Of a stretch of DNA of 64,000 bases, positions 1-12,704 are shown in pieces. The first letter of the stretch is position 1. Every line of letters starts with the position of its first letter. A program made the translations under genes and the position numbers. The DNA is from Hydrolagus affinis (Eukaryota): the NCBI GenBank assembly GCA_012026655.1, contig JAAILG010000318.1, positions 1-64,000 of the forward strand, written 5' to 3'. The notes below the pieces were generated by a model. It was given only the letters and a program-made list of their open reading frames with translations, did no database searches and had not been told where the DNA came from.

Positions 1-126
1 AGACATGCTGTCAGAACATCGATGGTCTGGGGGTTGAGGGAAGAGGCAGAAAGGTACAGCTGGGTGTCATCCGCATACATGTGGAAATTTACCCCATGTT
101 TGCGGATGACATCGCCCAGAGGGAGC
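1..126 (-). mobile_element. L2/CR1-clade LINE reverse transcriptase fragment, runs off the window edge
   Basis: Minus-strand translation [41 protein letters not shown], with the catalytic YADD motif. Confidence 0.9.
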
Positions 127-243
127 GTGTAAAGGGTGAAAAGAAGGCAAAACTATTGGTACATATATCGCTTTCTCTTTGTGTAAAGTGGGTTTTCCAA
201 TCACATGTGCAGGTATACAACCGATTTGCAACGATTTGAACAC

Positions 244-345
244 AACTTGCATTTATATAGCACTCTTCACGAGAGGTAGGGTCCCAGAGCACTACGCAGT
301 GGCAGAGTCTGACGGGCAGAGAGGGAGGGTGGGGGAGAGGTGACC
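244..345 (-). mobile_element. L2-type LINE 3' end fragment
   Basis: Reverse complement reads GTGAAGAGTGCTATATAAATGCAAGTTG, like the other LINE tails in the window, preceded by a C-rich 3'UTR. Confidence 0.6.
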
Positions 346-2984
346 GTAAGAATAATCGAAAAGGATGGTCTTTGGCCTCCAGGGATTTTGTTCACAACTA
401 AAAATGAGTAGCAGTATGGATGTTTTTTTCCTGGAAATAAAACTGACCTACATATATCTGATCAAGGTCAGGAAATACAAGACCTGTGACAACTGACCTC
501 TACAAGCACCAGTCATTGCAACTTGCAGTATGGAAGTACATAGAAGCAAAAAGCAAGAGGGAAAAGAGAAACTACAAATAGTGTTTCTCCCTCTGTGGGA
601 TGTGTTGGTCAGTGCCTCCACTTAGTGATAGGCCTGAGATCAGGAAGTCATTGTTGTTGATAATCGATATTGCAAAGCTACATCCTATCATGTACATACA
701 TGATGGATTAAAGTTTGACTAAAGCACATTGTTCATAATACAGCTTTAAAGACATTGAAATAATAAAGAACCTTAGAGCAACAAACAAAAGCAGTTTCAA
801 TAATATAAAGCTTTTGGGAAAGGAAGTGACAGAATTTAGATTAAAAAGTAGCAAATGGATAGAATGCAGCACAATTTTAGTAATCAAATACCTTGGAACA
901 AATTGTACCTCTAATTTTGGCTGTTTTCACTATAGTCAAGTGTTATACACTTTAGTTTACTAAAATATTTAGGATGGTGTTTATATTTAAGCACATTAGA
1001 ATGATGGAACAAAAAATATCTAATTTAGATACTGAATCTTAGTTTGTTGTGCAGGGAAATAAAACTAATATAGTATACGTTCCCACAATGAAGAGATCAT
1101 TGTACTGTATTTAGATATTAGAAATTTAAACTATTCATAAATAAAATTATATATGGATTTGAGATGACAGAAATGGAATGTTCAATAAAATTAACCAAAT
1201 ACTGTACTCATTTAATACAAACAGAAAGTTGTAATCCTGATAGAAGCAAGCAGAAGTAATCTTCCTTGCTCAGTCTCAATATAAGATGAATGACAGTGTT
1301 TATTCATTGTCGCTATTACATTCATTCAATTGTCATTGGAGGTATCAACAGTGGTGATGATAGTGATAGCATAAGATAGTGTCATGCCATAGTGCATTTT
1401 GCTTAAAGTGTAATTATATCCTTCAAGGACACCATACTATATCCACTCAAAAATAAATGTTGAGTATTCAGTGCTTCAATGAAAATAATTGTAATGATTG
1501 TACTGTATGATTTTGTGCAGGTCAAGAAAGGGTAGCAATCTTCATGAGAAGATGGGGTGAAGAGGTGCCAGTTGGCATAGGGTGGAGGCTTGGAAGACTG
1601 AAGAATCCAATTGATAATCACAGGGATCCTGATTTCCATATGCCTTTCTTGGATGTGTTCTTCAACTGTCTGCCTGTTCTAGTTATTCAAGTGGACTGTA
1701 ATTTGGTAGGGAGTTGTGAGTTCACCCAGTGACCCAGACAATATTCTTGATTATCAAAATGCACAAAAATAGCTTTAATTTGATAATTTGTCTCATTGCT
1801 GTTTTAGGATTGTTGTCAGTGCTGATTAGCTGCCACATTTGTCTATATATAACAAAATAATTTAAAATTCAATCAAATTCATTCTGCGAATTTTGAGACA
1901 CTGACATGATGAGGTGTTGAAATCAAATCCAAGTATTTTATTATTTGCTCTTATAAATGGAAGTTGATGGAGCACAAGTACCATAATTTGCAGTAAACTT
2001 ATTGCCATTTGAATTATTTGAAAAGGTCTGGTGGCTATTGCAGAGACTCCACTCTCCAGATACGTGGTACTAACTCTCCAAACGAGTAATAAAATACAGC
2101 AGCAGCAGTAAAGACAACACTAATAAATGCTTCCACTTTTGATAGAAGGTGATAGGGTCCAAACTCCAAGTTGCATTCAAGGTTATGGCAACTCTGGGAG
2201 AATGACACAACTACTTCCCACTCTCTTCCTGCAGTGGGTAGTCTGCTATTGGTGCCTACTTCCATGTTCATGGCTATAACTTGGTCCATCAATGATTCCA
2301 ATGGCCTCCTTCTCTAGAGCATATTAAAAGATGCCCCGTGAATAATCGAACTATCTGAATTATTGTTTAGAAATAACAATTGTTTTAATCTCAGGGGGGG
2401 CTGGTGCTCACATATACCTGGTTTTGGCTCGTAGTGTCTGGTGTACAGAAACTGTGCAAAGTAATACAAGTCCCATGTCTCCCAATAGCCTGCTGTCCAC
2501 CATTTCTTCCATTTCAAACAGCTGTGGGGCAGTTAATGCCCTCAGGAGGAAAGTACCATGTGTTCTACCCGGGAACTAAGCATCTGCATCCATAATTATT
2601 CTGCAGTAGTCAAAAAACATCTGCGCACTGATACGCCCTGTGGTGTAAGTATGTTAAGAGGTTTGCACTGGGCACCTGAATGGCTAAGTATGTCCAATCA
2701 ATAACACTGAATTGTTGGAAAGTTTCCTATCACTCTGGTGTATGTGATGCATTGCTTTACTTATTCACCAAAACCCCAATTCCTGCGATGTTTCCTATGG
2801 GTGTCTACAAAGAAGAAGGAAAAAAGGGATTCATTGCCACTGGTCGTCTTGTTCTGATGGAAGAGTGTTCCTGCCATTCTTTTTACAGCAGATGATACAC
2901 TTCCAGAGATTACAGACATTGTCTGATCATTTCTACAGGATATCAAACTTTCCAATAGCGCATTATGACTGCACGCATTTAACC

Positions 2985-3385
2985 ATCCAGGTGCCCACTC
3001 ACTATCTATTTGTCCTTCTCGATCTCTCGCCGCCTTCTCTGGCCCACTCTATTGTTCTCCATTGCCTCTCTGCTCAGTTCCACCTTTATGATTCTGTCCT
3101 TGCTTCATTCTTTTCTTACCTTTCAAATCATCTCCACTTTGTATCTACTTCTCCTCTAGCCCTAGCATTGTCACATGCGGTGATCCCCAGGACTCTGTCC
3201 TTAGTCCTCCCCTTTACAATATCCTCATGCTCCCACTCAAGGATAGCCACAGGGTTAACTTTCACAGCCAACTCTATCTCTCTATTTTCACTCTCGACTC
3301 CAGGACCACTGCTGTTCCTGACAGAGTATTTATCAGACACCAAGTCCTGGATGAGAGCCAATTTTCTCCAGTTAAATGATTCCAC
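2985..3385 (+). mobile_element. Degraded L2 LINE RT fragment
   Basis: Frameshifted motifs VLLDLS and DTKSWMRANFLQLN, homologous to the 36640-37474 copy. Confidence 0.75.
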
Positions 3386-4609
3386 AGCCGTGTGAAGATT
3401 TTTGGATTGATGTTACTGGAATGAATGTAAATTTATATTTTGGTTATCCTACTTGATCTTATGATCATATCGCAACATATTGGACTCTGAATGTGTTTTA
3501 ACATGTTCCAGTATTGTCTCTCAAGGCTCCCCAAAGGACAAAATGTATTGTAAAACATAAGATCATCTACAAATGCGGAAGAAGAATCTCAGATCAGCTA
3601 GCTTCCGGGCAGAATCAGATATCTGAGTGGGTCAAATAATTATTAACTCAGTTTAATCTTTCATTGTCCCCAAAGGGTATAAAAATCAAGGGCCTTTTTA
3701 TGATTAATAAATGAACTGGCTTAAAGTGATATTTAGAAGAGGAATATACACCCAAATAAATGAAATCAAAGTAGTAGACATTAATCATTCTGCCTTGTCT
3801 TATTCAGTTCAAAGACTTTTGTACATGTTTCTATTTTCCTCCAGTTTAGCAACATAAACCATTGTTCGAAAAAACAATATCCTGCTTAATTCGAATTTAA
3901 GATACACAAATGTATAGTGCAAGCCATCTCCAGCATTGGTTCTAGGAACAGCTATTCCTAGAATAAACAGCTATCAGTTATTTTCAAAAATATACTCTTT
4001 CTCTACAAATCCATTGAGATGGCAATCTACACTCTGTGATATAATTCAAAGCGACTCACATCTATCCATCCTTTCCTGTTACACCAGATCAAAGGTTGCT
4101 TCTATAGAATTTCTGTCATGATAATGTTCAATATGCTATGTGAGCTCAAGGATAACATCTCAGACTAACTTCTTTGGGAACACTTTCAGATTTTAGAGCA
4201 TTTTCTATGTGATTTCCTGGTATCTTTCATGACTATTATTTGCAGAAGCAGAGTTACGTTGCGGCCTGCTTTCCCACTTTGTATCCAAATACACAAGTAT
4301 ATTTGTGCTTTTCACACATATCGTTTAAATGATTGAGAAGTTCACATACAATGTTGCACAAAATGTTAATACAGTGGTTGAAAATGCTGGAGAAAAATCA
4401 GTTATTTCACTCTGCATCTGGAGAGTTCAAAACTTTTTTATGAACTAATACGGGTCAATGGAAATGTTGGATACCTCAGGCTTTCCAAACACAATTCCAG
4501 CCTCATAAAAGAGCTGTTTAACTTCAAACATAAAAGTCATCTTGACAATGAACTGCCGAATCAGGAATATTTTGTAGATTAGAACTAAATTAAAGTTGCA
4601 ATGGATTTT

Positions 4610-4880
4610 GGCTTCAGATAAGACGTTAAAACTGAGGTTTGCCCATCTGGCTGTTTAGGTAGATTTTAAATATTCTATGATATGATTCAAAAAGAGATGC
4701 AAGTTTTAGTCCTGGCTAACAATCCCTCAGATAAAATTGGTTATCATTTTATGACTGTTTATTGAATCTTGCTATATGTAAATTGCCTGCAAAATATACA
4801 GTCACTACCCTTCACAATAATTCCTGTGAATCGTTTTCATAAATCCTTCCACATGAAATGCAAGGATTATTATTATTATG
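4610..4880 (+). mobile_element. Old Deu-domain SINE remnant
   Basis: GATAAGACGTTAAAACTGAGG...GTCCTGGCTAAC...CTTGCTATATGTAAATTGCCTGC...AAATGCAAGGATTATTATT resembles the Deu domain and tail of SacSINE1/AmnSINE-type elements (from recall). Confidence 0.6.
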
Positions 4881-5334
4881 AAAAAGTGCCTTTGTGACAC
4901 TGTTTGATTATCAATGGCGTTTGTTGTTAATATAAATGTAATATTTTATATAATTTTGCAATTACAGATTTCAACATTTTTAATTTGTTTAATGTTTTGC
5001 ATATGTAAGGCCTTGATAATGGCGCAGAGAGATTTCCACCAGGTAAAGAAATAGTATTACTTTCACTGCACATCTTTGGTCATCTTTGATGTTGAATATT
5101 AGCCTGAAGACTGTTCAATTTGGAGGAAGGTTCAATAAAAATATCTTACTGGTGGTCTGCTGAGGTCTCAATATTAAAGGCTGCCGATAATCAGGAAATT
5201 CCTCGTGGCCATAATTCTGTAACATAAAACTCCTCATCATTTTGCCTGTGCACTTTATAGTGAATTGCCTGTCATGTTTCATTTAAGGTTGAATAGGACA
5301 AAGGATACAAGCTTTTGGCACCCGTTGTTGTATA

Positions 5335-5730
5335 AAATGTGGTAAAAAGCACTTGTGTCTCCAAGTTGGAAGATTGTCGGTTCAAGCCCCATGTTGGGAT
5401 TTTTACCTCACAGTCGAAACTACATTCCAATTCAGTTTTGTGGATACTGCATTCAAATGAGATGTTAGACCAAAGTCTGTTCAGGTGGTCATTGGAAATG
5501 CTATTTAAAAAGAGATCGGAGTTTGTCCAGTGCCCTGTTTAACATTCTAGAATAAAATTGCTTATCCACTATATGGCAATTTGTGGGAATTTGTTGTACA
5601 TAAAATTGGCTGATGCATTTGCCTACAAATACAGTCTTTCCATTAAAATTTTAAATACATGAAATTTTCTGAAGCATTTAGAGATGTTGACAATATGATA
5701 AGGTGCTATATCAAATATAAGGATTTTATT
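5335..5730 (+). mobile_element. Old tRNA-headed Deu-domain SINE
   Basis: B-box-like GGTTCAAGCCC near 5380, Deu-like TGTGGGAATTTGTTGTACATAAAATTGGCTGATGCATTTG, tail GGTGCTATATCAAATATAAGGATTTTATT. Confidence 0.6.
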
Positions 5731-6404
5731 AGATAATGATATTCAATATAAAAAGCCACCTATCTGTACAGTATAATAAATGACATAATTGTCTAAAATA
5801 GGAGCCAGAAAATTCTATTTAGCCAAAACAGCTAAAAAAAAACCTGGATCATGTCTCCTTTGATTTTTCCTCTTTAATAAATTATATGTGAATTGTTCTT
5901 AACAATTCTTTAAATCTCTTCTAATGCAACACAAGATTTTATCTTGTACCGAAGAATAAAAATAATCTTTCTGAAGATTATATCTTCATAATGAGATCAC
6001 TGTTTCTAGTGATCAGGAGTAAAATGGATTCCAGTGTCCTTTAATAGTTAAGGTCTTCTTATAATACAGTACATTAAAGAACGTCAGTCTGTGAGAAAAC
6101 AAAAAGCACAGTGATCTGACAAAACATTTCTTGCTTAATCTGGATATGTGCAGTTTGCATTGTGTAAAATAAGAGGTAAAGAGAAATCTATTTGGTATAG
6201 AATTATTTTGATTATGTTTGGGGGTAGGCCAGCTTTGTGGAATTCATTTAAATTTTGCATGTTGTTCATGTGCGGTGATGCAGTGAATACATTCAGATTA
6301 GCACTACAGGCACATCCTTCTAATGAGTACAATGCCCATGTATGGACATAAAGAACGCAAGTTGATCCAATTCAGATTGGCAAGACATTCAAAAAAGTGG
6401 AACA

Positions 6405-6807
6405 TCCATTTTCTGGACCTGCCCTTGTCTGATTTAGCTCTCCCACCGTCTCCACTTTGTCGCCATTAAGACATCTCTTCCAGACTTCGCACTGTCACGT
6501 GTGGCGTCCTTCAGGGCTCTGTTCTTCGCCCTCTCCTTTTCAACATCTATATACTCCCACTTCCACAGACATGGGATCAACTTCCATATGTATGTGGATG
6601 ACACCCAAGTCTTATCTTTCTGACGCCACCTTCAACTCCAGGACCATTACTGTCTCTGTTGGACATCAAGTCCTGGATGAGAGCTAAATGTCAACATATT
6701 AGACACTGATCAGGCAATTTTGACCCCAGCTGTCCAGCGCCTAGGCAAGTCCTCCTGACGTGAAAGAAGCTATACAAATGTAATTTTGTTGTTGCTGTTG
6801 TTGTTTG
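6405..6807 (+). mobile_element. Internally deleted L2 LINE: RT fragment joined to the 3' tail
   Basis: HRHGINFHMYVDDTQ and DIKSWMRA motifs, then GACGTGAAAGAAGCTATACAAATGTAATTTTGTTGTT tail. Confidence 0.8.
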
Positions 6808-6847
6808 ACTTACCATGCAAAAAATGTGTTGCTTTATTGTGTGTACA

Positions 6848-7103
6848 CAGGTATCCCATCCCAACCACGGCCTCATCAACCGTGAAACCCACGCATCCAA
6901 TGTTTACTAAATGCGACAACCCTTGCTAACCACGGCTTATAACCCTTGCTTATCCACGGATTTTAACATTAACGTTTAGCGCTAGGACCCAGTTGCATCA
7001 ACCAGCTTATAACCCTTGCTTATCCATGCATTTTCCAACTGCGATTTTACCAACCGATTTTACCAAGAGGAACATATTGCCCGCGGTTGGGGAGGGATAC
7101 CTG
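6848..7103. mobile_element. Tc1/mariner (Tigger/pogo-like) MITE, copy 1
   Basis: 23-bp TIRs CAGGTATCCCATCCCAACCACGG / CCGCGGTTGGGGAGGGATACCTG (3 mismatches); TA on the right, CA on the left; internal direct repeats CTTATAACCCTTGCTTATCCA. Confidence 0.8.
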
Positions 7104-9678
7104 TACTTCATTGTATATTTCAGCACAGTGACTCAGATATAAAAGATGTATAGTAGAATTTGGAAACTCAGATCAGTCAAAATGATAAAAATGTTGTTTC
7201 ATCATGACTGGTTTTCTCTATTTCCCATAATATGATTGCCTCACGTCAAGCATTATGCTTTAGTAAGAAAGCTAACAACATGTTAGCAGCAGGTAAAAAT
7301 TAACATTTTATTAATGTTTTAATTTTATCTAAAATTAACATTTTACACCTATTGCCTCCAAAGATTGGTTTCAGAAAAAGAGAAGCATAAAGGAAACACC
7401 TCTGGCATAATGGAGACCAAGATACTCTTAGTTTGTGACATACTAAAATAAATAAATTCTAGGAGTAACATTGTTAATAATAACATGTATAGTGCCCTTC
7501 ACATAGGCCGATGTCCTATTATAGACCTGATCATGATCATGCCAAATGTACTGTATTACAGTTATTAAATGTAGTAAAAGTTCAATTCTTTCACAAGGTT
7601 GTGTAAATGTAAATAATCTGTCTTCTGAAGCATTTAATGGAACAAATTAATATCAATATTGGCCCCAACTCTCTATTTCTCTGTATTGAGGTTGAACATT
7701 GAAAACAAACAGAGCTCTTGAGAAAAGGAAATGCAAACACATTTGTTTAGTAGATATTAAAACAAACTGCCAACATTTGGGCAGCAATGAGCATGCAATT
7801 GGGTATTGATATAAAACAGCGTGAAATTGTCTTTTAGGAACGTGGAAACCCAGTTGGGCAATCACCTCTCCAACATTTGTTATATAATCATTCATGCAAT
7901 ATTTTCAAGACAGCATAGTTTCACCAGAAATGCTTACCTACTTGCTTGCAAGCAAAACATGAAAGTTTCTAATAAATTAACAATGAGATCTACAAAATTG
8001 TCTGTGGGCATGGAGTCCCCAATCGGATTCCGTAAATAAGGAAAATCCATTTGAAATTCTTGCTTTGTTGTCTCTAATAACCATACAAAGTTACCACCAT
8101 AAACAGTGTTTTGGGAAGGGTTTTCAAAGAGCATTCTTCACAAGATATTTTTTCATGATCATTTGAATTTCTAATTAACTTCTCCTCCACTTGGTTATTT
8201 TCACTTTACTATTATCCACTGGTGCATCTGCCTTTTAGATGCAAAGAATAAATGGGCTGAAATTCCAGTCGGCCTTAAGTGCACCGCCTTTGGGGACGTA
8301 CGATTATAATGGGGGACATCGCCAAAGGCACTATACACAACACTGCCTGAAATTTCAGCTCAAAAAACATGCAATAATCTATATTGGTCCTGCCAACCTC
8401 ATTGCCATAGGAGGAATACTTCTCTGCATTAAATATAGTGTCAAACATGCTTGCTGCATTTGTGTTGCCAAAAGCCAAAACAATTCACAGTACTCATTAC
8501 AATTAACTTGAAATGTAATTTGAGAAATGAATTTGAAGTCAAACACACTAACAAGAAGAGTTGCCAGATTACGATTCACACCATTAAACTCTCCAGACAG
8601 TTATTGCATACAGGATGATGGATTATTCTGTTGCCAACGCTAATAGCACTGATCTGTGAGGAAACACCAAGATATTACAAACTGTTATTAGGCCCACCAG
8701 TTTTGCTATGGTAACAAAGATGGCTGTTACACAGGTGTTTTATACTGAGGTTTTTATTGTGATAATGAAACAATTGATCTTAAAGTTTAGGTGGTTAAAC
8801 AATATAATTAACCAATAAAATGTTTACATAATTATAATACCGTACCAAATTCTGGCAAGGTGCTCAAATACCAAACTCCAAGCTCATCATTGATAATTCC
8901 TTCTAGAACAGCATCATATTCGGTTCTCTAAGGCATAATCCAAACAGTTGTTACTCCAATATAAGACCTGCAAATGTTGCATATGCTGTTCTGCTCACTT
9001 TACGGCTGATCAAACATTTGGTCTAAATGTCTGTAATCCATATTTAGTAAAAAAGCTATGATTCATTGCTTTTATCTTTCTTATCCATAATTTACAGCCC
9101 TTGGTATGATTTGACTTTGACATGTGCTGAATTCGTTGCTGGAATAGTATTACTATTACTCTCTTTAAAATTGGAAATAGTACATTTATTGTTCCATTTC
9201 ATTATTGTAATATGAAAGACTATTACTTTGGACTAGATACCATTCACTTTGCTTATTAATCAATACCTCGTCTCTTATGTCAAGAGAAATGACCATCTCA
9301 ATGAAATGTAAATGTGAAAAATCACTGGGTACCAATGCAATGATTGACATTAAAGTTAAATACATAGTAATAAAATCCTTGCATGTGATATATTGCCTTT
9401 CAAGTCAAAAAGAATATTCTACAGCGCTTCACAGGATTTATTATAAAGTACAGCAAGTGCATATTTTGTAGGCTAACAAGCAGCCAATTTGTGCACAGTA
9501 ATATCCTACAAACAACCATGGACATTTATTTCATAGCTATATCACATGCAAGGATTATTGCTATTTTTAGTGGAACAGACAATTGGGACCTTGGAACATT
9601 ACATCTGAAATACGGCATTGATAATGGTGCACACCCCCCAGCACGGTAATGGAATATCTTAACCCAGGGCTGGAATTA

Positions 9679-10189
9679 TCCCGCACCCGCCTCCGCGACC
9701 ATATAACCCCCACCCTCGCCCGTCTCCACTGGCTCCCCATTCTCCAGAGGATCGAGTTCAAGATCCTCGTTCTCACCTTCAAGGCCTTACATGGCCTTGC
9801 CCCGCCCTATTTAACCAATTTACTCTCCCCCTACAAGCCCACCCGGACCCTCCGTTCAGCAGGACTTGGCCTGCTCCAAGCCCCCCCGCCCGAACCGCCC
9901 CACCATCGGAGGCCGGGCCTTCAGTTTCTCTGCTCCCACCCTATGGAATTCCATCCCCCAATCCCTCCATCTCGTTTCTTCCGTTTCTTCTTTCAAGGCC
10001 GGTTTGAAGACTTTCCTCTTCGACCGTGCCTTTTGTTCCACCCCGAATTTTTCGACCTCCCCTACGTGTTTCACCCCTTCCCGAACACTCTCCTCCCAGC
10101 TCGGGTCACACGCCTCCTGTGCAGCGCCTTGGGACGTCCTCCCGACGTGAAAGGCGCTCTATAAATGTAATTTGTTGTTGTTGTTGTTG
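9679..10189 (+). mobile_element. 5'-truncated, well-preserved L2 LINE (ORF2 C-terminus, 3'UTR, (TTG)n tail)
   Basis: DHITPTLARLHWLPILQRIEFKILVLTFKALHGLAPPYL, a frameshift in the C-run near 9882, then GGRAFSFSAPTLWNSIP...FKAGLKTFLF; tail GTGAAAGGCGCTCTATAAATGTAAT(TTG)n. Confidence 0.92.
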
Positions 10190-11547
10190 GAATCCCAACA
10201 TAAGACAAAATCTCATTTTAAATATCAGGAAAGAATCTATTTCACAATATTTTAAAACATGATTTCTGTAACTCTCCTGAAGGTTTTTTTTAAATACTTG
10301 ATTTCACAGGATTCTGTTCTGCCTCCCCTTCCACATTTTAGGAGCTCATAGGTTCATTCCTCTGTTAAATTGAAACAGGATGATTTTGATTTTCACCTAC
10401 TCAACCTAATTTAACTTTCTGTTGTAAACTGCAAATGTCATGGGACTATCACGTACATGGTTGACATTTGCTTGATATCTTGAAATATGTAGCAATGCCA
10501 TTTGTTTTATTTTCCAAGTATGAAATTGCGACACTTTTCAATATTTAAAAAAAGTTTACAGAATAAAAATTGTATTGAATTTGCAAGACATTGGTAAGGA
10601 AAGGTCACACGAGTGCTTAATATTATTAATTTGGAGCAGGGAAAGACACAAGCCTGGGTGCTGCTCTGCGCATTTTAATAGTAAAACTGAAAAACTGTCC
10701 TTAGCTGTTTTTATTGGGTCTTTTGAAACAGGAAGTTAGGGTATAGGTTATCTTGTCATATTAAGAGAAACTAAATTCGAGTGTGGGAGTTATGTTAAGG
10801 CATACTCTGGCATCTCCTAGTTAGAAGAATGCATGGATAGTGGTCTGGCATAAAACCTCCTGCCTGTTTCATTCCCGTTGTCAGGTTAGTTAGACAAAGC
10901 AAACAAGTTAAAAATAAATGAAGAGTGCAGAAAAAAAATTGCAGGATCTATTTCTCTCATGGCTGCCCAAAACAGGAGGCCCTTGAGTTGTATCACCAAT
11001 GTTAACTACATGCATTTCTGTGTAAAAACAAACCTTTCTTCTACCTCCACTCTGATTAATGAGAATACATCAATTCACTGAGCAAATAATGTGCAAAAAG
11101 TCAAATAAATCAATGAAGCCAAGATGCTCAACCTAATGCTGATAAACGGAAAAGACAGCCAAGGATAAGTGGCACAATGATTGGCTAATAACTCTCTTGT
11201 AGAATGTTATCTATAGATCCCTTTGTTTCCAATGTCACAAAGATACTTGTTAGTTCGTGTCCTTATTGATAATGTTATTTAATGCAACAACAACAACACA
11301 ATTACATTTGGAGAGTGCATTTCATGTCGGGGGCACATTTCGTGTTTTTGTTATTCTTGCAACTAAGTGTGCTGTAATTGACAGTGACACGATAATATGC
11401 TTTAAGGAAAAAAACTGTTATTCTATGGCTTTGTTCTCATAATCTATATATTGTATATAAAAGCCTCAGGTATGTTTCCTCTGCAATTGTGTCCTCCTGA
11501 CACAGATGGCACTGTGTCAAATCTATCTTCTATTATATTTAGATATA

Positions 11548-12126
11548 CAGGTACCCCACCCCAACCGCGTTTTTTTCTACCGCTAATTTCACTTATCCAC
11601 GGTTGGCTCGCTGCGACATTCCTTGCTAACCACAGAAATGCTTATTGCTTAACCCTTGCTTATGCATGGGTTTTAACACTAACATTAGCGTTTGGCGCTA
11701 GGAACCAGTTGCATCAACTAGCTACGATGTTGCTTCGCGCTAGCGTCTGGTGCTAGGACCCAGTTGCGATGTCGCAATCAACCGGCGAGATGTCGCTTCT
11801 CTCTTCAGGATTAAGGTAAATAACATGAAGTTATTGTCGCTTCTCCACATTCCCCACCCTCCATGTCACCCACCACACCATCTTCTGCACATCCCCCCAC
11901 CCTCTGTATCAGCCACTGCACCACCTTCTCCATTGATTTCTCTCTCTCTCTCTCTGTATGTCTGTGTGTAGATCAGTCAGTCAGTCAGACAGCCTCGTGG
12001 ATTGCTGCAGATCCTGGCAGCCAATGTGCCCAAACTTACTTCCCCTATCCCCATGTTTCCCATAGGGGCCCTGTATTTTCAGAGGTTTTCAGAAACGTAT
12101 CCCCCGCGTTTAGGGAGGGATACCTG
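11548..12126. mobile_element. Tc1/mariner (Tigger/pogo-like) MITE, copy 2 (longer)
   Basis: TA-CAGGTACCCCACCCCAACCGCG ... CGCGTTTAGGGAGGGATACCTG-TA. Shares internal AACCCTTGCTTAT and GCGCTAGGA(A/C)CCAGTTGCATCAAC with copy 1; contains a (TC)n run near 11939. Confidence 0.82.
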
Positions 12127-12409
12127 TATATAAAAGCCTTAGGTATGTTTCCGCAATTGAAACAATGAACTTCTAAAAGGAAAACTAAAACGAAAACAGC
12201 TTGAAAAAAAGCAAAAAAAAACAAAGAAAAACAAACCAGTGATTAAAGCTCACCCTTTTGTTTGTAAACAACAAATACATTATTTTAAAAAACTTTCGAA
12301 GTATATGAATAAACATATTCAAAAACACTAGGCCGCGTATGTTACATGGGGGTATAGCTAGTTATTCATTAAAACTGCTTTCTAGCTTAATGCAACTCCT
12401 TAACATAGT

Positions 12410-12704
12410 AATAATATTATAATAATCCTTACATTTGTTATAGCGTTTTTCAAGTCTTCTCGACATCTCAAAGCGCTATACAGAATATACTGTAAAGTGA
12501 ATTGACTTTATATTTGCAGCCAATTGCACATAGCAGTGTCCTGCAAATAGTCATGGATTGAGATGAACAATTAATTTTTTGGGATGGATTATTCTTAGGC
12601 GTCTGGAGTAAGGAAACTTGCCCAAGGTTTCACCCGGGCCTAGAATTGAACCTGGGTCTCCCGCTTGTACGGCGAGGGCTCTAACCACTGAGCTACAGGA
12701 CTCC
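12410..12704 (-). mobile_element. Full-length tRNA-derived SINE (Deu-like core, L2-like tail)
   Basis: Minus-strand head GGAGTCCTGTAGCTCAGTGGTTAGAGC (A box) ... GGTTCAATTC (B box), core TGTGCAATTGGCTGC, (ATT)n tail; many copies in the window. Confidence 0.9.

Noticed and set aside
2865-3395. 176-aa ORF, the longest in the track
   Set aside because: Chance open frame through a pyrimidine-rich degraded L2 fragment.
7934-8134. Minus-strand ORF ending near a gtaagc donor-like site, as the missing GAIN exon
   Set aside because: Translation has no ADGRA similarity (no ASIQLP or FRNGxLF motif).
9649-10164. 171-aa ORF as a host gene
   Set aside because: It is the C-terminus of an L2 ORF2 read through a frameshift; the ATG comes from flanking DNA.
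12630-12704. tRNA gene (also 25125-25196)
   Set aside because: A and B boxes are present, but the head continues into a ~300-bp multi-copy SINE body and no proper acceptor stem is evident.
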